A stretch of DNA of 64,000 nucleotides. It comes from Phoronis australis. Lineage: Eukaryota; Animalia; Phoronida. Position 1 is the stretch's first letter; each line of letters starts with the position of its first letter. The notes beneath the pieces are model-generated. The model made no database searches and was not told the DNA's origin. It saw only the letters and a program-made list of their open reading frames with translations. Location: the NCBI GenBank assembly GCA_002633005.1, contig NMRA01000580.1, forward strand, positions 62,001 to 126,000. The letters run 5' to 3'. Shown here in pieces: positions 27,168 to 39,361 of the stretch. The translations under genes and the position numbers were made by a program.

Positions 27168-28497
27168 AGGCGAAGTCAACCCTTTTCCATGTCATTTTGA
27201 GCTAAAATAAGGTGGGTTGGTTATCCTAGACATATTTTCCACTTAATTACAGCTTTTCGTAATTTTATTAATTACTCGTCCGCTACTCCGGAAGTGACGT
27301 TTTAGGAGGCACGCGTTTCCCGCCACTTGGTTTTGCGTTGACTTTACCGTGCGAATCTGTTCTATTCTACTTTTGTTTTGTGCTGTTTTTCAACAATTTT
27401 CGCCACCACTTTCCATCGGCGAGTATTCTGCGGCAAGATAGGTTAGCAGACAACTCAACTACGTTGGATTTAGGGATTGTTTAGTGTGTTGTAAGCTGAA
27501 AATGGCTGGAGTCGATGACCCGTATCACAGTGACAGTAGTGTGAGTGACGGAGACCTTGTTCACAGCAGTGGTGACGAGGAATTTTTTCACGGACATTCA
27601 GTGGGTGGGTACATGTTTGAGCCNNNNNNNNNNNNNNNNNNNNNNNNNNNNNNNNNNNNNNNNNNNNNNNNNNNNNNNNNNNNNNNNNNNNNNNNNNNNN
27701 NNNNNNNNNNNNNNNNNNNNNNNNNNNNNNNNNNNNNNNNNNNNNNNNNNNNNNNNNNNNNNNNNNNNNNNNNNNNNNNNNNNNNNNNNNNNNNNNNNNN
27801 NNNNNNNNNNNNNNNNNNNNNNNNNNNNNNNNNNNNNNNNNNNNNNNNNNNNNNNNNNNNNNNNNNNNNNNNNNNNNNNNNNNNNNNNNNNNNNNNNNNN
27901 NNNNNNNNNNNNNNNNNNNNNNNNNNNNNNNNNNNNNNNNNNNNNNNNNNNNNNNNNNNNNNNNNNNNNNNNNNNNNNNNNNNNNNNNNNNNNNNNNNNN
28001 NNNNNNNNNNNNNNNNNNNNNNNNNNNNNNNNNNNNNNNNNNNNNNNNNNNNNNNNNNNNNNNNNNNNNNNNNNNNNNNNNNNNNNNNNNNNNNNNNNNN
28101 NNNNNNNNNNNNNNNNNNNNNNNNNNNNNNNNNNNNNNNNNNNNNNNNNNNNNNNNNNNNNNNNNNNNNNNNNNNNNNNNNNNNNNNNNNNNNNNNNNNN
28201 NNNNNNNNNNNNNNNNNNNNNNNNNNNNNNNNNNNNNNNNNNNNNNNNNNNNNNNNNNNNNNNNNNNNNNNNNNNNNNNNNNNNNNNNNNNNNNNNNNNN
28301 NNNNNNNNNNNNNNNNNNNNNNNNNNNNNNNNNNNNNNNNNNNNNNNNNNNNNNNNCTCCTAAAACGTCACTTCCGCAGTAGCGGACGAGTAATTAATAA
28401 AATTACGAAAAGCTGTAATTAAGTGGAAAATATGTCTAGGATAACCAACCAACCTTATTTTAGCTCAAAGTGACATGGAAAAAGGTTGCCTTCGCCT
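27168..28497 (+). mobile_element. Young Kolobok-type element with TIRs of at least 140 bp and TTAA TSD, spanning the assembly gap
   Basis: TTAA|AGGCGAAG...CTTCGCCT|TTAA; near-perfect inverted arms 27168-27308 and 28357-28497. Internal ORF MAGVDD...GGYMFE(P) runs into the Ns. Confidence 0.8.
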
Positions 28498-29959
28498 TTA
28501 ATCTTATACTAAGAGACCTACTTGTTTATGGTCCACAGCGTTTGCGCGCGAAACCTACTTCTTTTTGTAATGCTTATTACACGTTTTATATTTTGTGCCA
28601 TCAATTCTTAACAAATTTGTCATATTTAAAATAGTCTTCAAATGCCCAAAAGACCAAATCCGTTTTTCGTGTTGTCAATAATGACGGCATTGCTTTGGAA
28701 ATCGTCTTAAGATAAGGTTTGACAAAGAGAGTATTGCGAGTTTCTGAGTGATTCACTACGGATTCAAATAAAATTCACATCTTACCAGCAGCTTCTGTTT
28801 TTTCATCGTCACTCAGGCTCCACTTTCTTTAAAAAATGAAGTAAATTTTCTTCCTTGCACAGTGGAGCAGACGACGGAAACGGAGTCATAGTGCGCAGCG
28901 CCACTGCCGGTCGCCTGGGATATCGCGGGAGAGCCTATATACTTAACCATAGTTCCGTTACGAATGCGCCGTGTTCCGAATTTGACACTTGAAATTGGAT
29001 TTGAGCCCCCCTCGCCTCCCCCCCCAACACTAAAACTGGACACATTTAAATCTTTTTTCATCCGTACAATTTTAATTACCGAGGTTTATTAATAAACTCA
29101 ACATTTCCCTACGCTCTTGCTGTTTTATTTTTTTGCGGCAGCCAAGGGGGGGGGGCCTGACCCCCCCTAAATCCGCCTATTGAGACAGGCAGTGAGAACA
29201 GACTGGTAGTGAGTACAGACTGGCAGTTAGCATAGACTGGCAGTAAGTACATGTAGGCTTACAGTGAATACAGACACACAGTGGGTTTGGACTGAGTACA
29301 GCCTGTACTAACTAACAATGAGTACACACTAGCAGTGATGCGGAAGGCACTTAAATAATAAGATCCCCCAGGAGACGCAGGATACTCGAACACTTCCAAA
29401 CTGTGCAGGTACCACCATCTTTCTCATGGAAATATTTTTTGTCAAATTCCATGAACATCTATCAATGAGGTTGGTGCATATTGAATCACACGCTACTAGG
29501 GGAAGCTACAGAAGTCAGATTCTACCCAAAATCAACACCAGGTGTGCTATTCAAAAGGAACCCATAAACCATATTTCATGTAGATCCATCATCAGACTTG
29601 GTAGATATTGAAATAGAAACAAAAGTTAAAATATCCTAAAGGTGTTCATCGCTGGTCAATTCTTAATGCCACTGTCTGCAATTTTTCTCCTCAATATGAA
29701 CACACCTACCAAATTTCATAATGCTCCTTAGAGTGGTTTGCATCTAGAGAATCAAACGCGAAAACAGACGGAAACATTAGCAAATATTAGAGTAACTCAG
29801 AGCGTTGATAAACGACCACCATGCACATTGGAAAAAGTAAGAAATGGGCGTGATCACTTTTTAAAATGCTTTCATCGTAAAGTGGATCCAATCGAAAATC
29901 AGTTGCCAAGGCTCTCCTGATCATGAGGAACACATACCAGCGCTCAACACTGTCGAAAA

Positions 29960-31075
29960 TCTACGCTCGTGAAATACAAGTGACTACATCTCTACCACTC
30001 ACATCAATGACATCGACAACAACATCAAGTTAACTGTGGAACCTGAGGTAGATGGCAAACTCACGTTCTCGGACTTGTGCGTTCACATTAAAGATGACGG
30101 CTCCAGAAGAAACACCATGTAAGGAAACCGACACACACTGACAGTATCTAAACTTCGCCTCCAACCACCCGATCCAACACAAACAGTCACTCGTTCGCAC
30201 TCTTCTCAACAGGGCCACGAACTATGTCACAAGACCCGAGGATCGCCAGGCTGAGATTAAATACGTCTGGTCAGCACTCAAATTCAACCAGTACCAGGAG
30301 TGGGCATTCAAGACATCCCAACGTCGGCCTAGGGGAACTCCCCCTGTGCACCAAGAAAAGAAGAAATCGCCCTCAGTCTCTATTCCCAGAGGGGGCTCTA
30401 AGAACGTCTGCGTCGAGTGTACAAGTCTTATGATATCAACACCTATATGAAGCCCGTTCACACCATGAGAAACCAGCTAGTCCATCTTAAGGACGCCACC
30501 CCTCGATCGCCAATGGTGTGTCATATAACAACTGTCATGCACTGAAGATCCGTCTTATACCTACATGTACACATTGGCGAGACTAAACGATCCCTGGATA
30601 CCAGTATCAAAGAGCACAACAAATTGGACAAGTTTACTGGCGTTGCGGAAATATCTAGGAATCTCCGGCTACACTGTATCAGGCAAGTATGCCAAGATCC
30701 TGGCTAACGCATGGGCGGCGCAGCATAGGGGACGTAGGGACTATAGCCCCGACTTTTTTCAATGCTGCGCCGTCCATGGTCTATATGCGGTGCACCACAG
30801 GGGAACTGGGGGCTTTAGCACCACCACTTTTTTCAGTGCTGCGCCGGCCATGTAAAGAGGACAACTAGTTATCAAGGAAGGTTAAGGAATCCATATATAT
30901 CAAGACTAACAAGCCTACCATGAATGGGGATCAAGGATTGCAGCTTCCGCCTATCTACGACGTCCAACAGGCAAACCTGGACGTCCCCTTGTCAGTCGTT
31001 GACAAAGGACTGTATAGAACAGTCCGACACGCCTATGATCTCACGACATTTTAGCCTCTGAGTAAGTTGATTCTA
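29960..31075 (+). mobile_element. 5'-truncated, decayed Penelope-like retroelement (RT thumb + GIY-YIG), interrupted by a MITE at 30710-30852
   Basis: Frameshifted peptides HINDIDNNIKLTVEPEVDGKLTFSDL, RKPTHTD/YLNFASNHPIQHKQSLVRTLLNRA, IGETKRSL..IKEH, KESIYIK..MNGDQG..LPPIY. Confidence 0.9.
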
Positions 31076-32161
31076 CTTTACCATGTATATTTCTACTCGT
31101 ATTTCAGGAGTTGAGCTCGTGAAAAGGCCCCCCTCCCACCCCCAATTTGGCGAATTGGACAAAAACAAAAAGGTCCGCCTCAGTGAACAAAATTCCCGAG
31201 TAAACGAGACAAATGTCTACGAAATCCACGGAAGTCGGCGCGGATGAACTGTGGGCCTGAACGTGGTGGTCCCGTTTTATTTAGTCCTCGGTGATTTTTT
31301 TCAGTGAAAAAAACATATCGAAAAATTGGAGCCCCTTACATGTATATTTTAGGCTGGGTGCGCGCATGGAAACACACCTGCCAACTTTGATGATGATCCT
31401 CCTAGGGGTTTAGGAGATACAGCTACTGGCGCCGGACGACGTATAACCATAGGCGGTGATGCAATCTTTGGGGCGTAGAGACGAGAGCAGACTTGTCCAC
31501 CAAGAGATCCTATCATAATGCCACAGCTTTTAAACGTACATGTATTGTGCGTGGGCATGAAATTGCACGTCGTCCACCTGACAAAGACTTGCGGCTTGCT
31601 AAGAAGCTTGAAGTGACCTGACTACTTAGACTAGTTTATCACTACAAAATTGTTTGATCTGGGTCACCGGACGCTCAAACAGAGACGGTAACACTATGCA
31701 CCCAGATATGTCTACATGTATCTTGTGAGCGAATAAAAATAGCCAAAGAATCCGTCGAATTCGTCCGAAACAGAGTTTCTGTTGTCATCACAATAGAAAC
31801 ATTTTTGCTTAATTTTGAAAAATAAAGTTAGCCGCGTAATTGAGTAAATACAGTGGAAACGTAAGCAAATAGAATTTGTCACGAGGCTCACAACAGTGGT
31901 GCAATGCGTCCCAGATTTGCTGTTGCCTGGCATTAGCTTCATACGAACACACCAGCCAAATTTCAAGAATCTTTATCGAACGCCGAACGCCGCCGAATGC
32001 TGGGGCAGAGATGACGGGATATGCACAAACGCTTATGCCTTGGTTTGAGTTGAACAACAAGCGATACGTCATTTGATGACTCCAATAAGCAACGCATGAT
32101 TTTCCCTTTGTTTCAACTTACGTCACAGAAGATCTGTCGTCAAATTGCGACTGACATTGAC

Positions 32162-32240
32162 ATGACTGTATCGTCATATATATTGTTTGTAATTATCGTT
32201 GTTTTCATAATTATGTTGCTGTCACAGACCACAAGCTCAG
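32162..32240 (+). CDS. Gene B first coding exon: signal peptide
   Basis: ATG...TCAG|gtaaga, phase 1; MTVSSYILFVIIVVFIIMLLSQTTSS has a hydrophobic core and small residues at the end. An upstream acceptor at 32128 suggests a 5'UTR intron. Confidence 0.7.
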
Positions 32241-35200
32241 GTAAGAGGTACGCGGTAGTCAAAGTCCCATCGAAAACCAGCTTGTACATTTGCGGATGAA
32301 CGGTCGAACTCGTATTTGTAACCCTCTTGTGCTCAACCTGTTAAATGTACTTAGTTGTCAAAACCACGTTTTGTATTTTCGATAGTGTTAGAATATGCCA
32401 AGAGCCCTCTAGATTTACATATTATGTTGTTTTGCCAAACTGCAGTAATGTTCTGAATTTCCAAAAAATGGGAAAGAAATTACCAATGGCAATGACTCAA
32501 CGGGAATTCAAGTGACATTGCAACAAGGGGATGAGATACATGTATGGGCTATTCCCCACAATGCAATCTACTTTTCGTAGAGTTAGGTCACGGATTAATA
32601 ATCGAATTATCCCAGACAGGTAAGCTGTGAAGCTGTGTGCCCTAAGTGTTTACAGGCACAGAGGCACATGTACGAAACTTCAGGCAGAAACCTCGTATAG
32701 AGCACATTTGACCATAATTTTGTAAATCAAATCGTCTGCTGCTGCACAGAATTGTCCAATGAAACAAAAGATAGCAAGCCAACTTTTCACTAAGAAACCA
32801 CTCTATTCAAGTAGTCAGTTGGCAAAATTTACAGGCAATTATGCAATTCTAACGATCAGTCCTCAGCGGTCTGCGCTTCAACCTTTAATTGATGGGCCCA
32901 CATTGCAAATGACATCAGCTTGCAGATATGATTGTGGTATTAAGCGTCTCATTGAATCCGTCGGAATACACCCGTAGACGTAAAAATCGTCCCGAGGTGA
33001 CTCCACGGTAGTTTGACCAGCTCCAAAATCAGCGTCAACCGTGTTTTCTCAGTTGGAGAACATCTGCCAAAAATGACCATTTGAGCGGTTTGGTGAACAC
33101 AGAGGCGGGCGCTCAACAAATTGCTCAGTATACATGTCGAATCCATTCGAGAATGGTAAGGGAGCTGTAGCCCTGGAATGCCAACTTCAATCTCACGCTG
33201 CTGAGGTTGCGCCACGTATGCGTGGCATTTGTTTACATTCATTTGTTCAGGTGTTGGTTATTCCTGTGGAATTTACTGTCACTAAAAGTTTTCGAAACTC
33301 TGCCGTTTTCCAACAGAATTATATAAAAGTCACATCCTCAGGAAGCCTTTTTGTCATTTCATGACGGTGTATCATTATATCAGATTAGCAAGCGATAAAA
33401 AATTAATTACAATTTCTGCGCATACCTGACAGGTTTAAAAATGTATTTACCAAAATGCAAAAAATAACAGGGTCAAATAATAAACATAGAAGGGAAATGA
33501 ACCAAAGGGAATTAATTAAACCAGCAGAATAATAAGTTCAATAATTCAAAAGATGTATTCACTATCAATTGAAAGATTTTAGAATGTGGATCCCCAGTTG
33601 CAGTGAAGCCTAAGTCAGGCATTCATCCAACAGACGTTCATTTGTCTCTTTGTAATCATATGGATATTGTTATTTTCCAGATTGCAATTTCTTTGGGAAC
33701 ATACAGCCCTAAAAATGTGTTCCAATGTCTCTTGTTTACGGTACATACACTAATTTTTCACTTTATGAAGAAAGAGTTTATTTTCAAACCACATGTGCTG
33801 TGGAATGTCTTACACTGCAGCCTATATGTATCACTGGCAGTCCTGTTATCATTATAATGTCCCTGAAACCGCGAGTTATGTCCAATAAAAACCGTGGATA
33901 TTTAAATTTGTAACAAGCGCCACCTATTGACTTCCTGGAGAACTGTGTGTACAAGAATAATCAGGAAAAACAATTTGTAACTAATACACTTGAAAACAAG
34001 CGTTAACATATAAGTAACCCAATTACAAACATTTGCGCAATCGTTATTTGAAAATGAAATAAACAAATATTAAAATCTGTGCCTTGTTTTATTAGGGTAA
34101 CGACAGTGCTGTAGGGGTCTCCCAGTCCCATGTCCTAAGAAATGTGGACGAGAAGTGTGTGCAAAGTGGCGTGATGTTGAATACTGTCCAAGGTGGTGGC
34201 AAAATGAAATTACAGAACGAATGCTTTCATTGTGGTCAGTGTGATGAGTGCTGACTAACAGCCAGACCTCAGCTGTTTATGGCCGGCATCGGGTGTTCGG
34301 TGCCATGATGAAATATTACCATACTCATTTACATAAAATTGTGTCGCAAAATGAGACTTTCCCGAGTTTGTAATGGTTAATGGTTCTCAGATGGTTTGCG
34401 ACACACTGGAGGAACTGGGGTTATTTGTAAATTTTAAAATACTTCATTTGCATATTCGCAATTTAAGGAGACGATGCATCTTTAAACGCTGCATAAGGTT
34501 ATGAGGGACCTTGTCGACAATTTTGTACATTTAGCCAAATAGGAATATCTACAAAAAATATAGAGTTTAACTCAGCAATATATGCATTTGTGCTGAAAGT
34601 AGAAATTTCGTAAAATTTTAAATTTTGACTTCAAACCATTCATGCTATTAATTAGGTCACGTGACCTTGCTTTTTAGGATTGTTAGCAAACAAAGAATTG
34701 TACATTCATGGCAAAACAACCGGCACAATAACATGCCTAAATTTCCTATGACATGAATGTTCAACATAAAAACTCAAAAACGGCAGTGGCGGATCTACAT
34801 GGTGGGTGATTCAGGGGCGTTAACCCCTGCCTTGGGACAGGATCAAAAAAAATAAAAAAATAAAAAAAACGTCACCAGCAAAACGAAAACGGCACCGCCA
34901 GCTTTGGTGAACCCCGAAAAATATAATTTTTTTCACATTATGGTTTGCTATAATCTCGAAAAGCAACGCATTTCGAGTTTTCGTGACTCATTGGCAAGTC
35001 GCGCGGTGTTCAATTTTGAGGGCGCTTCCGTCAACACTTCTGGCGTAGCCAAACACTTTGCATGTACATGTACATGGATCCATTGCGTAAAAAGCAAAGC
35101 CCTACAGCTGATTTTTTAAGGTAACTAGCGTCTTTTATCTAAGATATATTTTGATATGATAAGAATACTGCAACACTGATAGTCAGGTGAATCGACATGC

Positions 35201-35679
35201 AACGTTTTTACCTCATCTGTCATGTTCTTACATTCCGCATGTTTCTAACTTAAATTGGACTGGTGTATAATAAAATTATCTTGCTCATTAAACATACACT
35301 GTACATGTAATGTAATGTTTATATAAAAAACGAACAACTCATTTCCGAAGTAGTGTTTAGTCCTCTGTAGGGGCCGTTGTGGCGGGTGGTGTGGTTTGGT
35401 CGCGAGTCCGTTTCAAAATACACCCTAGCAAGTTAGGCCTATACAAGGAATGATCCCAAGGGGCACTCATATTGACAAGGTGATCGCATTCGCAAACAGT
35501 GTACAGTGGCATAAGTTGCGGGAAGGCTGTACTTTCTTAGCCTTGAGGGACTGGCGCGGTGTTCAAATAGCCATAGTTCTGACCTCAGCGTTGACCGTCT
35601 TCCGACCCGCAATAAGAATCAATCACTGCCCTCTAAAATAACGGGAATTTCCACAGAAAGGCCCATCCGATGAAACCAC

Positions 35680-37030
35680 CATGACTATGGGCGCTTATTT
35701 AGTGATACAACTTCGGGTTTCAAGTGTTCAGACATTGGAACGTCTATTCGGAAAATTGCAAGAGATGCAAATTGGTTCTGGGACACATCGTCTTCGCCAA
35801 AACGCAACGTTTGAAGCACTCCATGATGAACGTGTCAAACATAGTTATGCTTGTAACTCTTTTGAATGGACTTGACAAAATCAAGGGGTTTAGTGCCAAT
35901 TAAGATGCAAAACGAGATGCTGACATTGTAGAGGCTTACAAGCTCATTAAGACAGCAGTTGACGAAGTACTAGCATTAAGAACAAACATCGAAAATCTAT
36001 GTCTGGGGAGAATGGTTCCAAGACGCGCAAACTACACGTATAGCTGAGATTCAGAACATTGGATCCGATATTCAGATTCTTCGGCAGTCCAGACACCGGA
36101 AGCCGAGGGCTAATGTTCCTGCAGAAACACCCAGGTAATAAATTCCACGCATTTTTGTACTTAATGTCGGTTTTCTGACTTACTTTTAAATTTGCTGCTT
36201 GAGTACATTGAAAAGGAATTTGGAAATATTTTCGGACATACCAAATCCACGCAGTAAACCACACAGTCTACGAGCGCACAGAAACTGAATCAAATTTGTA
36301 TTTCCATTTGGTTCTTTATCCCCTTCATAACCACAATCTATGGCAAATGCTGCGTAGTGAAATTTGTTGTCAATACTCGTTTCTTCAAGTGAGTACTACA
36401 GAACAGTGGAAATACCCTTCCTAGACAACCTCTCACAGAGGTGACCACCACGTTTTCGAAAGACAAAAGGCTGGTGGAAGCTATCATTTCTTGTACCATT
36501 AGCAGAATGAGGGATGCAGACTTAGGCTCACTGGAGGATCGGATGCATTTGTGGGACATAGACTTTCCATCACCAGATTTCCTGAAGCTGACTGTCCCAC
36601 TTCTGGCTATCGGCATTTTGAGTGAAACGTTTTGTCTCCTTTTAAATTATCAATTGCTCTATGTAATTGTAGAAACATAAAAAGTATCGATATCTTTTGC
36701 TTGTATTTCAGCGAGAGCTCCGACGTTGTGACGGTCCTTCTGAAATGCTCAAAGGCCAGAAGAATGGCCAAGTAACTTGCGTTCTACACTCAAGCACGCC
36801 CTCGGACGGCGACATCTTTCCAGACGTTAGGGAACTGATATTGATAGAATGTGTACCCTCTCTTGGATCCTGTGAGGTTCAGAGATCAATTTCTGTGCTC
36901 AGGCATGTAAAGACACATTTGGTGGCTACTATATCTGAGGAAAGGGTGGGTGGGTTAGCACTGATGACCATGCATTAGGAAAAAACGAAAAGACTAGACA
37001 CGCCACTGGTAGTCAATTAAAGCTCTTTCA
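35680..37030 (+). mobile_element. Decayed hAT transposase (C-terminal dimerization domain)
   Basis: FPDVRELILIECVPSLGSCEVQRSISVLRHVKTHLVATISEERVGGLALMTMH matches FP.+..L..+..T.P..S.E.ERSFS.L+.+KT.LR.TM.EERL..LAL..+H; upstream DADIVEAYKLIK fragment. Confidence 0.8.
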
Positions 37031-38614
37031 ACAGAGCAAACCAAGGCGTGTGTTTTGCAACTGTGTGTTGTTTGACTGAACGTGTGCCACGTTTTGCCAA
37101 TGAGCAACAGCAAGATGAATTAAATACGTGTATGAGGAACCACTGGGGATCAAAAAGTATCTAAGGGAATAGTTTTCAATTCAGATACTTTGCACAGTGC
37201 CCTTTTGGTCTGGCGATGGACCAGGCCAACTTACATGTATTTATGAACCTCTTGTCAGTGTATTTCTGGCCTCTCGACAAACTGGTCTTGTACAGTATAT
37301 CTTTTCACCACGTTGGTCACGTGGATTTTAGGTGATACGTTTCTCAATTGTTGCGACACACAGTAGCTCAATAATCAACGTGAAAAAGCTTAATAAAGTG
37401 AATCGCAAGTGTTCATTGTCGCTTTAAACAATAGACTATGCGCTGAGATAACCATCGTTTGTCATTTTTTTCCTGTAACGAGACAGAACATCCGTTTATT
37501 TCCGGCCATAAAAATTCCAGTCTTCGTTCTTAAACAACTAGGGGATGCTGTCATCTGATCATCTGAGTGATAATCAAGTGCTGGATTCTTACGTGGCCGT
37601 CGGTGCTCCTTATGCTGTTGAACATCTTGTACATGTAGTTGTTTAAACCACTGTTCATGAGCAGCGCAGTACTGAAATAAGTGGGGAGAGGGGGGTTATA
37701 GCCCCTCCTCCCCCTATGGTGCGCCGCCCATGTGTATACACACTACAGCTTTCAGAATACGACTTTTTGTATGTGTAGACAGATGTTCTAACTGGTGGCA
37801 TGACTCATACAAAGATGTGCACAAATATGGCTTTATGAAACTTAAAAGCCGATTTCATGAAACGAAACCGAGAAAGGTTTTAAATCATCTTAAGAAAAAC
37901 TCTAAAGACACTTTAACTGCCACAAACTCGCCAGGATGCATGGAAATTACACTATTTGACTACAAAAACAAAGAGTTCTCTTAGACGAGAGGGGAAAACC
38001 CAATTCCCGACCTTCCCCCGCACTCGGCGCTACGCGCCTTGGAATCGTGCTTCTAACCCCTAGACCGGTCACTGAAACACTGTTATAGTGTTCTAAATTT
38101 ACGTTCTGTTTTTGTTTTATGAATTTTTACTTTTTTGTACAATCACATTATTCCTATTTTGATAATCCTTCACGCAAAAGTGGAACAATTTAAAAACAAT
38201 TCGTATCAGCATTTTAAAGAACATTCTAGAAAATACTTGAAAGTTCGCAATTTATGAGATACGATGTCCCAAAGTAGGCCAAAATTAGACATTTTAAGGC
38301 TCTACATAAACTTCAATCGGTCACTTTCGTAATTTGGTTTTTGATAGTATTTGTGTCTTGAAACTATCATTTTGTATTGAGATTGACACTGCCACACCAC
38401 ACTGACCTTAAGTCAAATAAGGCGCATTTGGTTTAGCTCTCTATTTTTGAAAATCGAGTCGGTGGTAGGGCGTTCTTTCTCATCGTTTGACAATGATGCC
38501 GCTTCAATCCTTGCTTACCCTTGTTTACATACATTCACGTGCTTTTGAGCAGACCTTGAAAGCAAATGATGCGGGTGGATATACGTACAGAATACTTTTT
38601 GCTTCTCGTGGTAG

Positions 38615-38890
38615 ATATTGATCAACCAAGACAACCAATGGCCTGGCGAGGGCGCATAAATAATGCATTACTGGTTCGTTTCTGGAGTCATTACGACGTA
38701 CCAACGGACATTTCTCTCACGTGTTTTGCTAATGGCACCAACGGGAACTTGGTGAAAGGACGCGTAGAGAGAGCGGAGCTACCCCCTTGGATGTTTGGAA
38801 CCTGTGAAAATCTTCTTCCAGACCTAGACTACGAAATAGAAATTAATGAAAGACTTAGAGCTGAATCGATACAAGAAAAAATAATATATG
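38615..38890 (+). CDS. Gene B exon: FN3-like domain 1
   Basis: ggtag|AT...G|gtgtgt, 276 nt, phase 1-1; LLVRFW..LTC..GTCENLLPDLDYEIEI. Confidence 0.75.
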
Positions 38891-39058
38891 GTGTGTAATG
38901 AGAGTTTCCGAATCTTGGATTTACTTTTGCACTTGTTTGAAACTGTGTAAAGTGTCTATCTAAACGAACCATGTGCGTCTTTCAAATTGTTAGTCTTTTA
39001 AGTAACATCCCAACAAACCTATTCAAACTTCTGATTAGATTATTATATAATATACCAG

Positions 39059-39361
39059 GTAAATCTCACATCCTCAACATTCAAGCAGCAACGGACGCTT
39101 TCATTGTCACGTGGTCCCCGCCTATTACCGATGTTACTAATAGAAACGTTCTTGAATGTTCTCTGGACGACTCATTCAGTTCGATCGAAAAGCCAAAGAT
39201 TGGGCAGAGCGAGGTGAAAGAATATTACAGTAACGAGAACGACAAGTTAGTGAAAGGCCACTGCTCCAATTTGATTGCTGGCACTAGATACCGAGTGTCC
39301 GTTGTCACCCATTCAAGGTTCGACGGAAGTGAATTTCGCTCATTTCTGCATGCAAGAACCG
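39059..39361 (+). CDS. Gene B exon: FN3 domain 2
   Basis: accag|GT...G|gtacgt, 303 nt, phase 1-1; AFIVTWSPP..LEC..HCSNLIAGTRYRVSV..ART. Confidence 0.85.

Larger units (their letters stand above)
26826..29182. mobile_element. Non-autonomous TIR element inserted into the satellite
   Basis: Ends cagtggtggatctagg...ggggggcc and ggggggcctgaccccccctaaatccgcctattg (imperfect inverted); no clear TSD. Confidence 0.55.
26475..29340. repeat. About 17-18 bp satellite (gagtacagactggcagt) split by an insertion at about 26826-29182
   Basis: The same units occur at 26475-26825 and resume at 29183-29340. Confidence 0.8.

Noticed and set aside
27484-28422. 312-aa and 272-aa ORFs
   Set aside because: Length comes from the N gap; only about 40 codons are real sequence.
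31108-31248. Terminal exon of gene A (GVELVKRPP...NVYEIHGSRRG*)
   Set aside because: The acceptor and phase fit, but the segment runs into a MITE end shared with 10540-10586, so it looks TE-derived. Not fully excluded.
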